A DNA stretch of 64,000 nt from an uncultured delta proteobacterium (GTDB lineage: Bacteria; Bdellovibrionota; FAC87; UBA2466), in contig CAVZSV010000004.1 of assembly GCA_963778115.1 (NCBI GenBank), positions 1,504,001 through 1,568,000 on the forward strand, read 5' to 3'. A program made the translations under genes and the position numbers. A model generated the notes under the pieces. The model saw only the letters and a program-made list of their open reading frames with translations, was not told where the DNA came from and made no database searches. Shown here in pieces: positions 30,436 to 39,918 of this stretch; positions within the stretch are counted from its first letter, which is position 1, and every line of letters starts with the position of its first letter.

Positions 30436-30954
30436 CTAGTGCGAAATCGGAGCCGTTGAAGTCTGAGACAAAGAACTTCGCTCCGCGGCCTTGCGACCGG
30501 CCACGACTTTACTTCGTCCCGTAGTTTTCTTGGACTTAGTACTCGTGCCGGTACCGCTCTTACTTTTTGAACCAGAAGCAGAACGCGACTTGGACGATTT
30601 CTTTGAAACGGGCTTAGCGAGTTTTTCGTTCAAGGAGAGGGATTTCAAGTACGTCACCAATTCATTAAATCCCTGATTGATCCGGCCCGCCTCGTAATTA
30701 ATGAGATGAGTCACTTTCTTTTCTACATCAACACGGGTCTTTTGAAGCTGGTGCGCAAAAGCGTCCAATTGCTTGCGGCTTTTATCCCTGGCATCTCGGC
30801 TCTTAAGATCCAAATCCTGGACCACCGATTTCAATCGTTTTTCGTAACCAGTCCACTGTTTGGAAACGCCCTGCAACCAATCGGAGTTTCTGAGCGAAGA
30901 ACCCAGGAGCTCCTTCACATCTAACAAAGTCTTTCTTGCCGATTTTTCCGCCAT
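30436..30954 (-). CDS. Hypothetical coiled-coil protein with Lys/Ser-rich tail
   Basis: Probable start MAEK after AAGGAG RBS; helical core and basic low-complexity C-terminus. Confidence 0.65.
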   Translation of the reverse strand: MAEKSARKTLLDVKELLGSSLRNSDWLQGVSKQWTGYEKRLKSVVQDLDLKSRDARDKSRKQLDAFAHQLQKTRVDVEKKVTHLINYEAGRINQGFNELVTYLKSLSLNEKLAKPVSKKSSKSRSASGSKSKSGTGTSTKSKKTTGRSKVVAGRKAAERSSLSQTSTAPISH

Positions 30955-31072
30955 GACATTCTCCTTTTCGCTCTTCGCCGAGGCGATTGCGGGTCCAATG
31001 TATGGCACCGGCCAAAAATGTCAAGAAAAGTCGGGGATTAACCGGGGAAGTAGCGCCGGACTTAACGGGCCA

Positions 31073-31606
31073 TTAGAAGGTACACTGCTGATCGGGCAGG
31101 ACAATCCCTTGGAAGGGAACGAATCGATAGGTACAGGGCTGGCCCCCTTGGGAAACACATCCCCCTTGTGCGGTCAGATCGAGTTCGTTGGTTAGGTTGT
31201 ATTGAAACATTTCCGGGCTGCCCACTTGAGTGGGTGTACTCACTCCATCGCCACCACCGCTATTGTCGGCAGGCTCGCTAAAAGTGAGCGAAAGCTGGTT
31301 TGTACTCGGCGACACGTTATAAGTGAAGGTCAACGCGGGGGTATTAAACTCTTCATTATTTTGAACTTTAAAGACAGACCCCGTGTAATTGTTAGAAAAC
31401 TGAATAATCTCAAAATTGGTGTTGGAGAGGTTTTGTACTGACGGATCTGTGGTGGAGACCAGACGAAACTGTTGGTTCGTGATTGTGGTTAAGGCCTGAC
31501 CGGGCTGCTGACACAATTGCTGGCAAGCCGGGAAGCAGATAACGCTTAGCAGTGCCAACCAGATGTATAGGCTTCTTATGCTGATGCTATGTGGGTTTCT
31601 CTTCAT
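31073..31606 (-). CDS. Putative lipoprotein
   Basis: Signal peptide ending FPAC; beta-rich mature part with C-terminal Cys residues. Confidence 0.6.
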   Translation of the reverse strand: MKRNPHSISIRSLYIWLALLSVICFPACQQLCQQPGQALTTITNQQFRLVSTTDPSVQNLSNTNFEIIQFSNNYTGSVFKVQNNEEFNTPALTFTYNVSPSTNQLSLTFSEPADNSGGGDGVSTPTQVGSPEMFQYNLTNELDLTAQGGCVSQGGQPCTYRFVPFQGIVLPDQQCTF

Positions 31607-31664
31607 AAGTTGTTAAATCCACGTTGTCTTAAGGCCAATTCGAAACTTCTTGTCTTGGTAATAA

Positions 31665-31680
31665 TGCAAAGAGGCTGCCA
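31665..31680 (-). promoter_or_regulatory. sigma54 promoter of the lipoprotein gene
   Basis: Minus strand TGGCAGCCTCTTTGCA, GG-N10-GC. Confidence 0.65.
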
Positions 31681-31963
31681 GCACGGATCGAAAAATCCCA
31701 CAAGAAAATCTTTAAATTTCATATGGTTAAACTAAGAGGCAGGTGAAGTAAGTGACGATTGACTATACGACTCTCAGAATACACAAGAAATTTCATACAT
31801 TCCGGGCGATTAGACCGATCAATTATGAAACACTCTCCACGAAAGCCCGCTAAAGAAACCCTCCCAAGACGCCGTTCTAATCACATGAAGGCTGTAAGGC
31901 CCGAGCCGCTCGGTAGTCTCGAGTGGGGTCCACGGAGTTGGACAGAAGAGAGATCCAATTCCG

Positions 31964-32317
31964 ATGGCCGAAAACAAAAAGAAAAACGTCGACCCGCTCT
32001 TCCAGCTCTTTGAGCACTACCTGCTCAATAGATCGTACGAAGATTCCGCGGCATTCACCAAAGAGGTCGCCGAAGAATATCTCTCCTATCTAGATTCCAC
32101 CCCGGCCCATGTTCCCTTTCATGTCCGCACCAATCTTCTAGACGACCTGACCTCGGAAACGCATGAAATGCTGGTAAAGAAGATGTACGGCTGTGTCCGA
32201 GTCTCCGACTATGTGGACTACGGAAAGGTAACCAAAGTCACCCGAAACGAACCAGGCTCCTTCGAATTCAATCCTTCGGCAATGGCTGAAGAGATGTCCA
32301 AGAAAAGTAAAGAATAA
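31964..32317 (+). CDS. Hypothetical protein
   Basis: 117 aa ORF with protein-like composition in an otherwise empty gap. Confidence 0.65.
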   Translation: MAENKKKNVDPLFQLFEHYLLNRSYEDSAAFTKEVAEEYLSYLDSTPAHVPFHVRTNLLDDLTSETHEMLVKKMYGCVRVSDYVDYGKVTKVTRNEPGSFEFNPSAMAEEMSKKSKE

Positions 32318-32393
32318 AAAAAACCGAGTCAAAGCCAACGATGATGCTCACGTCTATGTGAGACTGGGACATGAATTTTAGCCTTAGCGTCCC

Positions 32394-34139
32394 TTAGGCC
32401 GGAAGCCCCGTCTGCGTCTGGTAAAGCTTCGAGTAAAGACCGCCGTCATCCAGTAACTTACTGTGCGCTCCGTGCTCTCGAATATTGCCCCCGTCTAGAA
32501 CATAGATGCGGTGAGCTCGCCGAATGGTCGAAAATCGATGTGCCACTAAGAAGGTGGTTTTTCCTTCCATCAAAACATCCAATGCATTTTGCACTATCTG
32601 TTCGGAATGGCTGTCCAGACTTGAAGTGGCCTCATCTAACACTAGGATAGGAGCTCCTTTTAAGATCGCGCGCGCGATAGCCAGTCTCTGACGCTCTCCT
32701 CCACTTAGCCGAAGGCCTCTTTCCCCTATACGAGATTGAAAGCCTTGAGGGCACTTTTCGATGAAGTTCATACAGTGGGCCAGTTCAGCAGCCCGCTCGA
32801 CCTCTTCTCGTCGGGCGGCGGGTCGTCCGATGCGAATGTTCTCGTAGAGAGTGTCATTAAATAGAAAAATGTCCTGAGTCACAAACGAGATCTGCGCTCT
32901 CAAATCGTCTAAATGAATGTCGTGGATATTCATTCCGTCGATCCGAACCGCCCCCTCAGTGACGTCGTAAAGGCGAGGTAATAGATTAATGATGCTGGTC
33001 TTTCCACTTCCGCTAGGCCCCACCAGAGCGATGCACTCGCCTCTCTTTACTTCAAAGCAAATATGGCTAAGGGCTCTTTTGTCCCCGTAATGCAGTCCCA
33101 CGTTTTCAAAAGTTATCGAAGAATCAAACTTATTCCATCTCTTGCTTGCTCGGTGTCTCAAATCGGGGATGGGAACATCCAAGATGGCGTACACCCGATC
33201 TAAGGCGGCTTCAGCGTTCTTAAGCTTCAAATACGCATTGTTCAGTTGCTTAATGGGCATCTGGATAAGTCCGAGAGCAAAGATGAAAGCAACCAATTGC
33301 CCCGCCGTGAGTTCCCCATGAGAGATGCGATATTTTCCGTAGAGGATCACTCCCCCCATCAGAACAGCACCTATAAATTCAACACTCGGAGTGGCTAACT
33401 CCTGAACTTTGATCGACTTCCAAATGATCTTAAAGTAGTCGTCCTGAAGCTTTTTAAACTTCTCGAGCAACGGCTCTTCCATCTGAAAAACTTTAACCAC
33501 ACGCGATCCAGATAGCGTCTCTTGGCTTAAGGAGATCAGATCCGAAAAGTGAGCTAGATTCTTGCCTGAGTAGCGCTTTACCGCAGCTCCCGATTTAGAA
33601 AAAAGTAAAACGACAAGTGGGGCAGCCACCAGAGTCGCAGCCGTTAACTTCCAATCCCAGTAAAATGCCACCCCAATAAGCCCAAGAAATACAAATGGCT
33701 CTTTCAGGACGTCGCAAAGGGTCTCTAACCCGCCGCTAATCTGGACTAAGTCGTTTTGAAGACTAGAGAGCATGTCTCCCGTTCGCCCCTGATCGATGAC
33801 CCTTTGGGGAAACTCTAAGTACTTGCGAAAGAGACGAAGGCGCATTCCTAAGATGATTTTTTCCGTCACATTCCTGCGCAACGCATTATAGGAGTACTTC
33901 GCCAGGCCGCTCGCTAGGAACATCAGAATAAGATAGACCGGCACCATGCGAAAAAAGTGTTCGTTCCCGCCCTTTTGCAACTCGTCGATAATTTGTTGGG
34001 AAAGCTTTAACGCAAGGGGTTGAACGGCCGAAATCACCAAACCGAGCAGAAGAATGAACGCGACTACGCCTCTCACCCCTCGGAACTCACCTACGAGGCG
34101 ATTAAGCGACCGGAACTGCTTTATAGGGACCGCTGCCAT
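32394..34139 (-). CDS. msbA: MsbA-like ABC exporter (permease + ATPase)
   Basis: TM domain, GPSGSGKT, LSGGERQR, LDEATSSLD, AHR. Confidence 0.75.
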   Translation of the reverse strand: MAAVPIKQFRSLNRLVGEFRGVRGVVAFILLLGLVISAVQPLALKLSQQIIDELQKGGNEHFFRMVPVYLILMFLASGLAKYSYNALRRNVTEKIILGMRLRLFRKYLEFPQRVIDQGRTGDMLSSLQNDLVQISGGLETLCDVLKEPFVFLGLIGVAFYWDWKLTAATLVAAPLVVLLFSKSGAAVKRYSGKNLAHFSDLISLSQETLSGSRVVKVFQMEEPLLEKFKKLQDDYFKIIWKSIKVQELATPSVEFIGAVLMGGVILYGKYRISHGELTAGQLVAFIFALGLIQMPIKQLNNAYLKLKNAEAALDRVYAILDVPIPDLRHRASKRWNKFDSSITFENVGLHYGDKRALSHICFEVKRGECIALVGPSGSGKTSIINLLPRLYDVTEGAVRIDGMNIHDIHLDDLRAQISFVTQDIFLFNDTLYENIRIGRPAARREEVERAAELAHCMNFIEKCPQGFQSRIGERGLRLSGGERQRLAIARAILKGAPILVLDEATSSLDSHSEQIVQNALDVLMEGKTTFLVAHRFSTIRRAHRIYVLDGGNIREHGAHSKLLDDGGLYSKLYQTQTGLPA

Positions 34140-34215
34140 GGCAGAGCAGCATAACCGAACTGAGAGATGGGGGCTAGTTTGAGATTTGAGGGCCTTAAGA
34201 AAGCCCGAAGGGGCC

Positions 34216-35601
34216 TTACGAAGCCCGTTTTCGAGAGGGGAGTCTTACCGGCTTGGGTGCCGGAGAGGTGACCTTTACGATCTCACCATGTTCGATGGTC
34301 ATGGTGGCCTGGACACCTTCCGCCTGAAAGACGCTATCTAACCGTACCGAGATCCCTTTTAGCGGCTCTGCCACGGTTGCCAGCGAAACAAAAAGGCGAT
34401 TGGGACTTTGAGTAAAGCATACGTCGGAGACTCGAATTTCGGCACTCACCCGGGCTTCCAGTCGGCGTAAAGCCGTAGAGGACAGGGCAGTTCCGTCTGA
34501 GTTGATGATTTCGTATTTGAAATAGTAGATGGGATTTCCCCCATCTAGACGCTCGAAGTAAGTTTGGATTCGTTTCTTTGACGCTTTTTCGCCCATCAGG
34601 ATAAGAAGTCCCGCGATGGTGAGGTAAGAAAGGCAGGTCGCAACGGGAAGCCACGAAAAAGTGGCTCCCGGTGTCTGAAGTGTCAGATAAGAAGTGAGGA
34701 CACCGGAAAGTTCGATTATTCCAAAGATCAGTAGAATGTACCGTAGGGTGATACTCGTTTGCACCATACGATGGTGAAGATGGCCTTTGTCTGCATGAAA
34801 CGGGGAACGTCCCGTCAGGACGCGACTGCAAGTCACCATGAAAGAGTCCGCCAGAGGAATCAAAAAGCAAAGGGTAGTTACCGAAAGACGCGGAAAAATG
34901 GAGCTTGCGGAAATAGGAATGGAAAGATGCATCACCGCTAGCAAGTAACTGAAGAAGTAACTTCCCACATTTCCTAGGAACCCACGCCGCTTGACCACGT
35001 TACAATAGAGAAAAGGGACCATCATGCCCACAATGACCGAGGCACATACGATATAAGGGGCAAAAGGTCCTGAGACGTAGGAGAGTAGAATATAGCCCAA
35101 CGAGCCCATGAAAATGACGAGTCCCGCAAGACCATCAATTCCATCTATGAAATTGATTGCATTGATAAGCCCGACGATAAAGATAAAAGCGAAAGCGCTT
35201 CCGGCAACTCCGTATTTCGCACTCATCGCCGAACGTAACTGGGGATCTAAAAGCACCACCACCGCGGCACAAAGCACCTGAAAAAACATCTTATCTAAAG
35301 CGGATAGAGGCTTTTGATCATCGACATGGCCCATGATCGCCATCAATGTTGCCGTGGTCAAAATCCAAGGACTCAAGCCGTACAGATAGGTGACCAATCC
35401 CAAAATACCCAAGGTAAAAGCGACGAGACTAGGTCCCACGATGGGGATCTGCTCTTCAGCCAAACCTCGTGCTTTAGGCCAATCGATCATGCCCAAAGCT
35501 GGCGCCAGCCTGATGTTTAAAAGAAGAAGGGGGATCGCTAGCCCCGCTCCGAGGGCGATGTAGCCCATAACTTCTAAGATGTTTTCTGTGGCAAAGTGCA
35601 T
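34216..35601 (-). CDS. WecA/MraY-family (PNPT) phosphoglycosyltransferase with an extra ~120 aa C-terminal soluble domain
   Basis: HVDD, NAINFIDGIDGL, FLGNVGS, DKGHLHH. Confidence 0.85.
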   Translation of the reverse strand: MHFATENILEVMGYIALGAGLAIPLLLLNIRLAPALGMIDWPKARGLAEEQIPIVGPSLVAFTLGILGLVTYLYGLSPWILTTATLMAIMGHVDDQKPLSALDKMFFQVLCAAVVVLLDPQLRSAMSAKYGVAGSAFAFIFIVGLINAINFIDGIDGLAGLVIFMGSLGYILLSYVSGPFAPYIVCASVIVGMMVPFLYCNVVKRRGFLGNVGSYFFSYLLAVMHLSIPISASSIFPRLSVTTLCFLIPLADSFMVTCSRVLTGRSPFHADKGHLHHRMVQTSITLRYILLIFGIIELSGVLTSYLTLQTPGATFSWLPVATCLSYLTIAGLLILMGEKASKKRIQTYFERLDGGNPIYYFKYEIINSDGTALSSTALRRLEARVSAEIRVSDVCFTQSPNRLFVSLATVAEPLKGISVRLDSVFQAEGVQATMTIEHGEIVKVTSPAPKPVRLPSRKRAS

Positions 35602-35628
35602 GGGTTACTTGAGAGAGTCTTCAGTTTC

Positions 35629-35655
35629 TAATCGGAGAAAAACGGAGTAGACTTA
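35629..35655 (-). promoter_or_regulatory. sigma28 (FliA)-like promoter
   Basis: TAAGTCTA-N11-TCCGATTA upstream of the WecA-like gene. Confidence 0.45.
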
Positions 35656-35691
35656 AGATGTTTTCCCTTCGAACTTCCTTATTAATCCAGT

Positions 35692-37443
35692 ATGCCAAGA
35701 AACCTTTCGATCGTCTTAGGAATTAGTCTTGCGCATGGGGACTCTTCCGCCGCGTTAATCATCGATGGATGCCTCGTGGCCGCTGCTGAAGAAGAGCGCT
35801 TTACGAGAATAAAGCATTACGCCCTATTTCCCACTAAATCGATTGAGTATTGCCTTCGACACGCCGGCCTAACGCCCCGTGACGTTCAAATCGTAGCTAT
35901 TGCCAAAAAACCTTGGAATGGCATTACTCGTCGCATCAGAACCATATTTCAGCATCCTCAATTTTTAACGCAGCACAAAAATCCAGACCCCCACTCTCCC
36001 CAAGAATCACTGCGATCGGCGCTTAAGCGTGTGGGGCTCGGAAAAGCATCCTTAGCCCGGGTCGAACATCACTATGCCCACATGATGAGTGTGAGTCATA
36101 TGACCAGTGGAGAAGAGGCGGCATTCCTCTCCTTCGACGGACTTGGGGATTTTGTATCGACCGCAATCGGCCATTCTACGGGTAATGGCCTGGAAATTCT
36201 CGATCGGGTGTATTTCCCCCATTCCGTGGGATTCTTTTATACGGCGATGACTCAGTTTCTGGGCTTTCAACATTTTGGCGACGAGTTCAAAGTCATGGGT
36301 TTGTCGAGTTACGGGCAGCCTCGGTACTTAACGGCCATGCACGAACTGATTCGCGAGAGTGAAAAGTTTGGATTCCATTTGAACCTTGAAGCTTTTCCGA
36401 CGGAAAATCATATTTCCAGTTTCCAAGTCGTTAAGGCCCAACCGAAAATTCGTCCTTTCTACAATAATAATTTTCTTACCCAAGTCATCGGAGTAGCTCC
36501 GCGCAAACCTTTGGAAGCGCTGACTAGAAGCCATTGGGACTTAGCAAAGTCGGTCCAAGCTAGATTCGAAGAGATTGGTTACCATTTGCTGGGACAGTTA
36601 CACGATCGCGTGGGGAAAACCACCGTGGCACTTTCGGGCGGCTGCGCTCACAACAGCGTTTGGGTAGGGAAGATTCCGCAAAATACCCCGTACAAAAAAG
36701 TGGTAGTGGCTCCCGCTTGTAGTGATGCCGGAATCGCCGTGGGAGCCGCCATTACTGTTTGCGGAGTTCAGGTCAATCCCGAGGGCCGTCACTGGGCGCT
36801 GTTAGGTCCTAACGATGAAGATTATACGCTGGATAGCGCTCCCGCTCTTCCCTCTGATATTAACGATCGCACTTTCAACTCGGATGAACAACTTATCCGT
36901 TGGATGGTCGAAGAGCTGTGCGAAGAAAAGATTATTGGTTTGTTTCGCGGAAGAATGGAGTTTGGTCCGCGCGCTTTAGGAAGTCGGAGCATCATAGCCG
37001 ATCCAAGAGTACGCACGATGCGAGATCGTCTTAACGAACGGGTCAAGCATCGTGAATCATTCCGCCCCTTCGCCGCTTCCGTTCTTTGGGAGTATCAAGA
37101 AGAGTGGTTCGAGAATTCTTTCTTTTCTCCTTCGATGGAAGCCGTTTTTCCCGTTAAAGAACTCAACCGACCGAAAATCTCAGGCGTCGTCCATGTCGAT
37201 CATTCTTGCAGAATCCAGTCGGTGGTCCGAGATACGCAGCCTTTCTTTTGGGACCTTATCGAAGCGTTCCGCAAGAAGACCGGTGTGCCCATGCTGATAA
37301 ATACGTCGTTCAACGACAGTGAGCCTGTGGTTTGTACCCCGCAAGATGCGCTTAACTGTTTCGCCAACTGCGATATGGACCATCTGGTACTCGGTCTGAG
37401 AGTTTTTTCACGACTTCGCCAGGCGACTTCCCTATCAGCCTAG
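35692..37443 (+). CDS. Carbamoyltransferase, NodU/CmcH/TobZ family
   Basis: HGDSSAAL, EEERF, HHYAH, DGLGD, KVMGL, EFGPRALGSRS, FRPFA, NTSFN. Confidence 0.92.
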   Translation: MPRNLSIVLGISLAHGDSSAALIIDGCLVAAAEEERFTRIKHYALFPTKSIEYCLRHAGLTPRDVQIVAIAKKPWNGITRRIRTIFQHPQFLTQHKNPDPHSPQESLRSALKRVGLGKASLARVEHHYAHMMSVSHMTSGEEAAFLSFDGLGDFVSTAIGHSTGNGLEILDRVYFPHSVGFFYTAMTQFLGFQHFGDEFKVMGLSSYGQPRYLTAMHELIRESEKFGFHLNLEAFPTENHISSFQVVKAQPKIRPFYNNNFLTQVIGVAPRKPLEALTRSHWDLAKSVQARFEEIGYHLLGQLHDRVGKTTVALSGGCAHNSVWVGKIPQNTPYKKVVVAPACSDAGIAVGAAITVCGVQVNPEGRHWALLGPNDEDYTLDSAPALPSDINDRTFNSDEQLIRWMVEELCEEKIIGLFRGRMEFGPRALGSRSIIADPRVRTMRDRLNERVKHRESFRPFAASVLWEYQEEWFENSFFSPSMEAVFPVKELNRPKISGVVHVDHSCRIQSVVRDTQPFFWDLIEAFRKKTGVPMLINTSFNDSEPVVCTPQDALNCFANCDMDHLVLGLRVFSRLRQATSLSA

Positions 37444-37805
37444 CTTCGGCAAAGCTGAAATACTTCCCCCCCCTCCGCCACAATTAGATGATCGACAAGG
37501 GTAACGCCGATACAAACTGCCGCCATTTCTAACATCTCCGTAAACTTGCGATCCTCTCTACTGGGATAGGGACTTCCGGAAGGGTGGTTGTGCGCGATGA
37601 GAAATTTAGCGCAATTGAACCTTAACGCCTCCCGCAGAATCTCTCTTGGACAGGCAGGAGCGTGAGTTAAGGTTCCCCGAAAGATCTCTTTTACTTTGAT
37701 CACACGATGGCGACTCGTTAGAAATCCCGCCCAAACGACTTCCTGGAACTCAGATTCCATTTTTCGAAATAGTCGGTGGGAGTCTTCAACGCTGCGAATA
37801 ATCAT
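37440..37805 (-). CDS. Stand-alone RadC-type JAB domain protein
   Basis: FRGTL, PREI, HNHPSG...PSRED, DHLIV; no N-terminal HhH domain; start placed at ATG 37805. Confidence 0.8.
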   Translation of the reverse strand: MIIRSVEDSHRLFRKMESEFQEVVWAGFLTSRHRVIKVKEIFRGTLTHAPACPREILREALRFNCAKFLIAHNHPSGSPYPSREDRKFTEMLEMAAVCIGVTLVDHLIVAEGGEVFQLCRS

Positions 37806-37870
37806 TCCAAGAAAGTAGTGCATATGCCATGCCGACATTCTTGCTTTGAAAAAAGAGAGAGAGACCGAGA

Positions 37871-38728
37871 TCAGGTCTTCAGGAGTATTGTTTTGAGAAA
37901 TCTGGAAACGGCCTCGGAAAAACCAGCCCCGTCGTTCGACGCGACGATGGGGTATTTCGTCTTAAGATCGGTTGCCGCATTGGAAACAAGAAAGGGATGA
38001 CCGACCCAATCGAGAAGATCCATATCGACGTAGTCGTTTCCGATCCCTAGAATCTGTTCTCTTCTCAAACGAGCCTTTTGGGCAAGCTGTGCAACCGCTT
38101 CCGCCTTGCAAACTCCTTTGGCATAGATCTCTATCCAGTAGGACTTGTGATCCAAAGGAGACGTGGTCCGTAGGACTGAGAAATCTGGTTCTAGTGACCG
38201 GCGAATTTGTCGCAAGATCGACTCACCTTCGTCTTTCATCGCTACTACCAGAAATTGTGTCGCTTCAACTAGATTGGGGTAGCCAGAAGTGAGCGGAATG
38301 GCAAATTCTCCGGCGCGTTTCCAGCGCTCGGTAAAATCTGGATTTATTCTACCTGTACCTAAGTAGAAAAAACGGTGGTTGTCGGGAATGGAATGGTGGA
38401 TCATGAAATCCAGTCCGTGGCTAACAAAAAGCGAGTGAACCCGTGCGATCTCGGTTGCTTTCATATGCCGAGCCATCAGAATCTCTCCGGTATTCCAATC
38501 CAATATTCCAGCTCCGCACGAAAAAATTAGATAATCGATCGGCATGTCGGCGCGCAGAAACTTCACGGCCGAATACAAATTTCTGCCGGTTGCAATGACC
38601 CGAATTACTTTCTTCTCTTTTAACTCCTTCAGTGTTTCCAGATCTTTCTGATTCAACGACCCATTGGATCGAGTAAGCGTTCCGTCGAGATCGGTTACCA
38701 CCATAGCCGCGGCTGAAGAGGTCCTCAC
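37871..38728 (-). CDS. Cof-type HAD-IIB hydrolase
   Basis: DLDGTL, ATGR, KA, GNDYVD. Confidence 0.88.
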   Translation of the reverse strand: MRTSSAAAMVVTDLDGTLTRSNGSLNQKDLETLKELKEKKVIRVIATGRNLYSAVKFLRADMPIDYLIFSCGAGILDWNTGEILMARHMKATEIARVHSLFVSHGLDFMIHHSIPDNHRFFYLGTGRINPDFTERWKRAGEFAIPLTSGYPNLVEATQFLVVAMKDEGESILRQIRRSLEPDFSVLRTTSPLDHKSYWIEIYAKGVCKAEAVAQLAQKARLRREQILGIGNDYVDMDLLDWVGHPFLVSNAATDLKTKYPIVASNDGAGFSEAVSRFLKTILLKT

Positions 38729-39870
38729 GCGCGCTTTCCCTTAGGTGGAGGAGGTAACTTTAAAAATCGCGCTGCTGGTAAAGTAGTTCCTGAAATAGCG
38801 AGTTTCGCCAAACACTCCCCCACTGCCGGAGCGAATTTAAATCCATGTCCTGAAAAGCCGGTGGCGAAGCTTACATTCTTGTAGCGAGGATGAAGATCAA
38901 TAATAAAGCGGGAATTTGGAGCCATCGTATAAAGACATACCGAGGCGCTCTGGGGAATCGGATTGACCTTAATTAGATGAGTGCGAACCACTTCATTAAT
39001 GGGTTGGTAATCGGAAGGATGTATCTCACGTTCCACTATATAGGGGTCGGTCACGACTTGTCTTTTGGGATGATAGATAGCCATCTTCAAAGGCCTTTTC
39101 CCTTTGCGCGGAACTCCATAAAAAAATCCGTCGGGAAGATCTAGCGCATAACAAGGAAACTTTTTCTTTTCATCGAATTCTGCGGGGGCTTTCAACCAAA
39201 ATTGCGGAACACGGCGAACTTCGAGAGGCTGCAACTTATTACTCTCACCCAGAAGCGAAGCACTCCAAGGTCCTGCCGCAATGATGAGGTGACGCGCTTT
39301 ATAAGTCGCTCTTGAAGTCCTGACAGTGACCGCTCGCGAGGTAGCCGACCAACCTTCGACGCGTTCCTCTTCGTGGATATCGGCGCCGTGCTTTCTAGCA
39401 AGACGAATTAACTCCAACACCGAACGCTCGACTTCCACGTAACCGGCGTCGGGTTCGAGAACGCCGATGTATCCTTCGGGGGCTCTGATTTGAGGGTAAT
39501 GTCTGCGAAGCTCCTTGGTGCTAAATTTGCGTACTTGCACTTTGTGTTTACGGGCACTGCTAACTACCCCCTTCAGTGCTCCCCGTTTTTCTTGGCCGAT
39601 AAGAAGAAGTCCTACCCGATGGAGAAGCGGCTTTTCACAGCTCTTTCCGATCTGATCCCAAAGCTGATAGCTATATTTTGCCAAAGGGACGTAATGCTCG
39701 TCTTCAAAGTAAGCTTTTCGAATAAGTCGCGTACCGCCGTGGGAACTTCCTAGCGAATGGCCCAAGCCAAACTGCTCAATGCCCGTCACGGCAACTCCGC
39801 GCCTGGCGAGGGAATAACACGCAGCACCACCCATCACCCCCATGCCCAAAACGATGACATCGCAATCCAT
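38725..39870 (-). CDS. solA: N-methyl-L-tryptophan / sarcosine oxidase-like flavoprotein
   Basis: GMGVMG, GSSHGGTRLIRKAY, CLYT, GFSGHGFKF. Confidence 0.85.
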   Translation of the reverse strand: MDCDVIVLGMGVMGGAACYSLARRGVAVTGIEQFGLGHSLGSSHGGTRLIRKAYFEDEHYVPLAKYSYQLWDQIGKSCEKPLLHRVGLLLIGQEKRGALKGVVSSARKHKVQVRKFSTKELRRHYPQIRAPEGYIGVLEPDAGYVEVERSVLELIRLARKHGADIHEEERVEGWSATSRAVTVRTSRATYKARHLIIAAGPWSASLLGESNKLQPLEVRRVPQFWLKAPAEFDEKKKFPCYALDLPDGFFYGVPRKGKRPLKMAIYHPKRQVVTDPYIVEREIHPSDYQPINEVVRTHLIKVNPIPQSASVCLYTMAPNSRFIIDLHPRYKNVSFATGFSGHGFKFAPAVGECLAKLAISGTTLPAARFLKLPPPPKGKRA

Positions 39871-39918
39871 AATGGCAAACTTACGGGGTTATCAGAGAAA
39901 CGACAAGTTCGACGGGGA

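Noticed and set aside
37440..37838. RadC/JAB gene as a marker of a mobile element or CBASS-type defence system
   Set aside because: Neighbours are ordinary metabolic genes; no integrase, cyclase or E1/E2 genes
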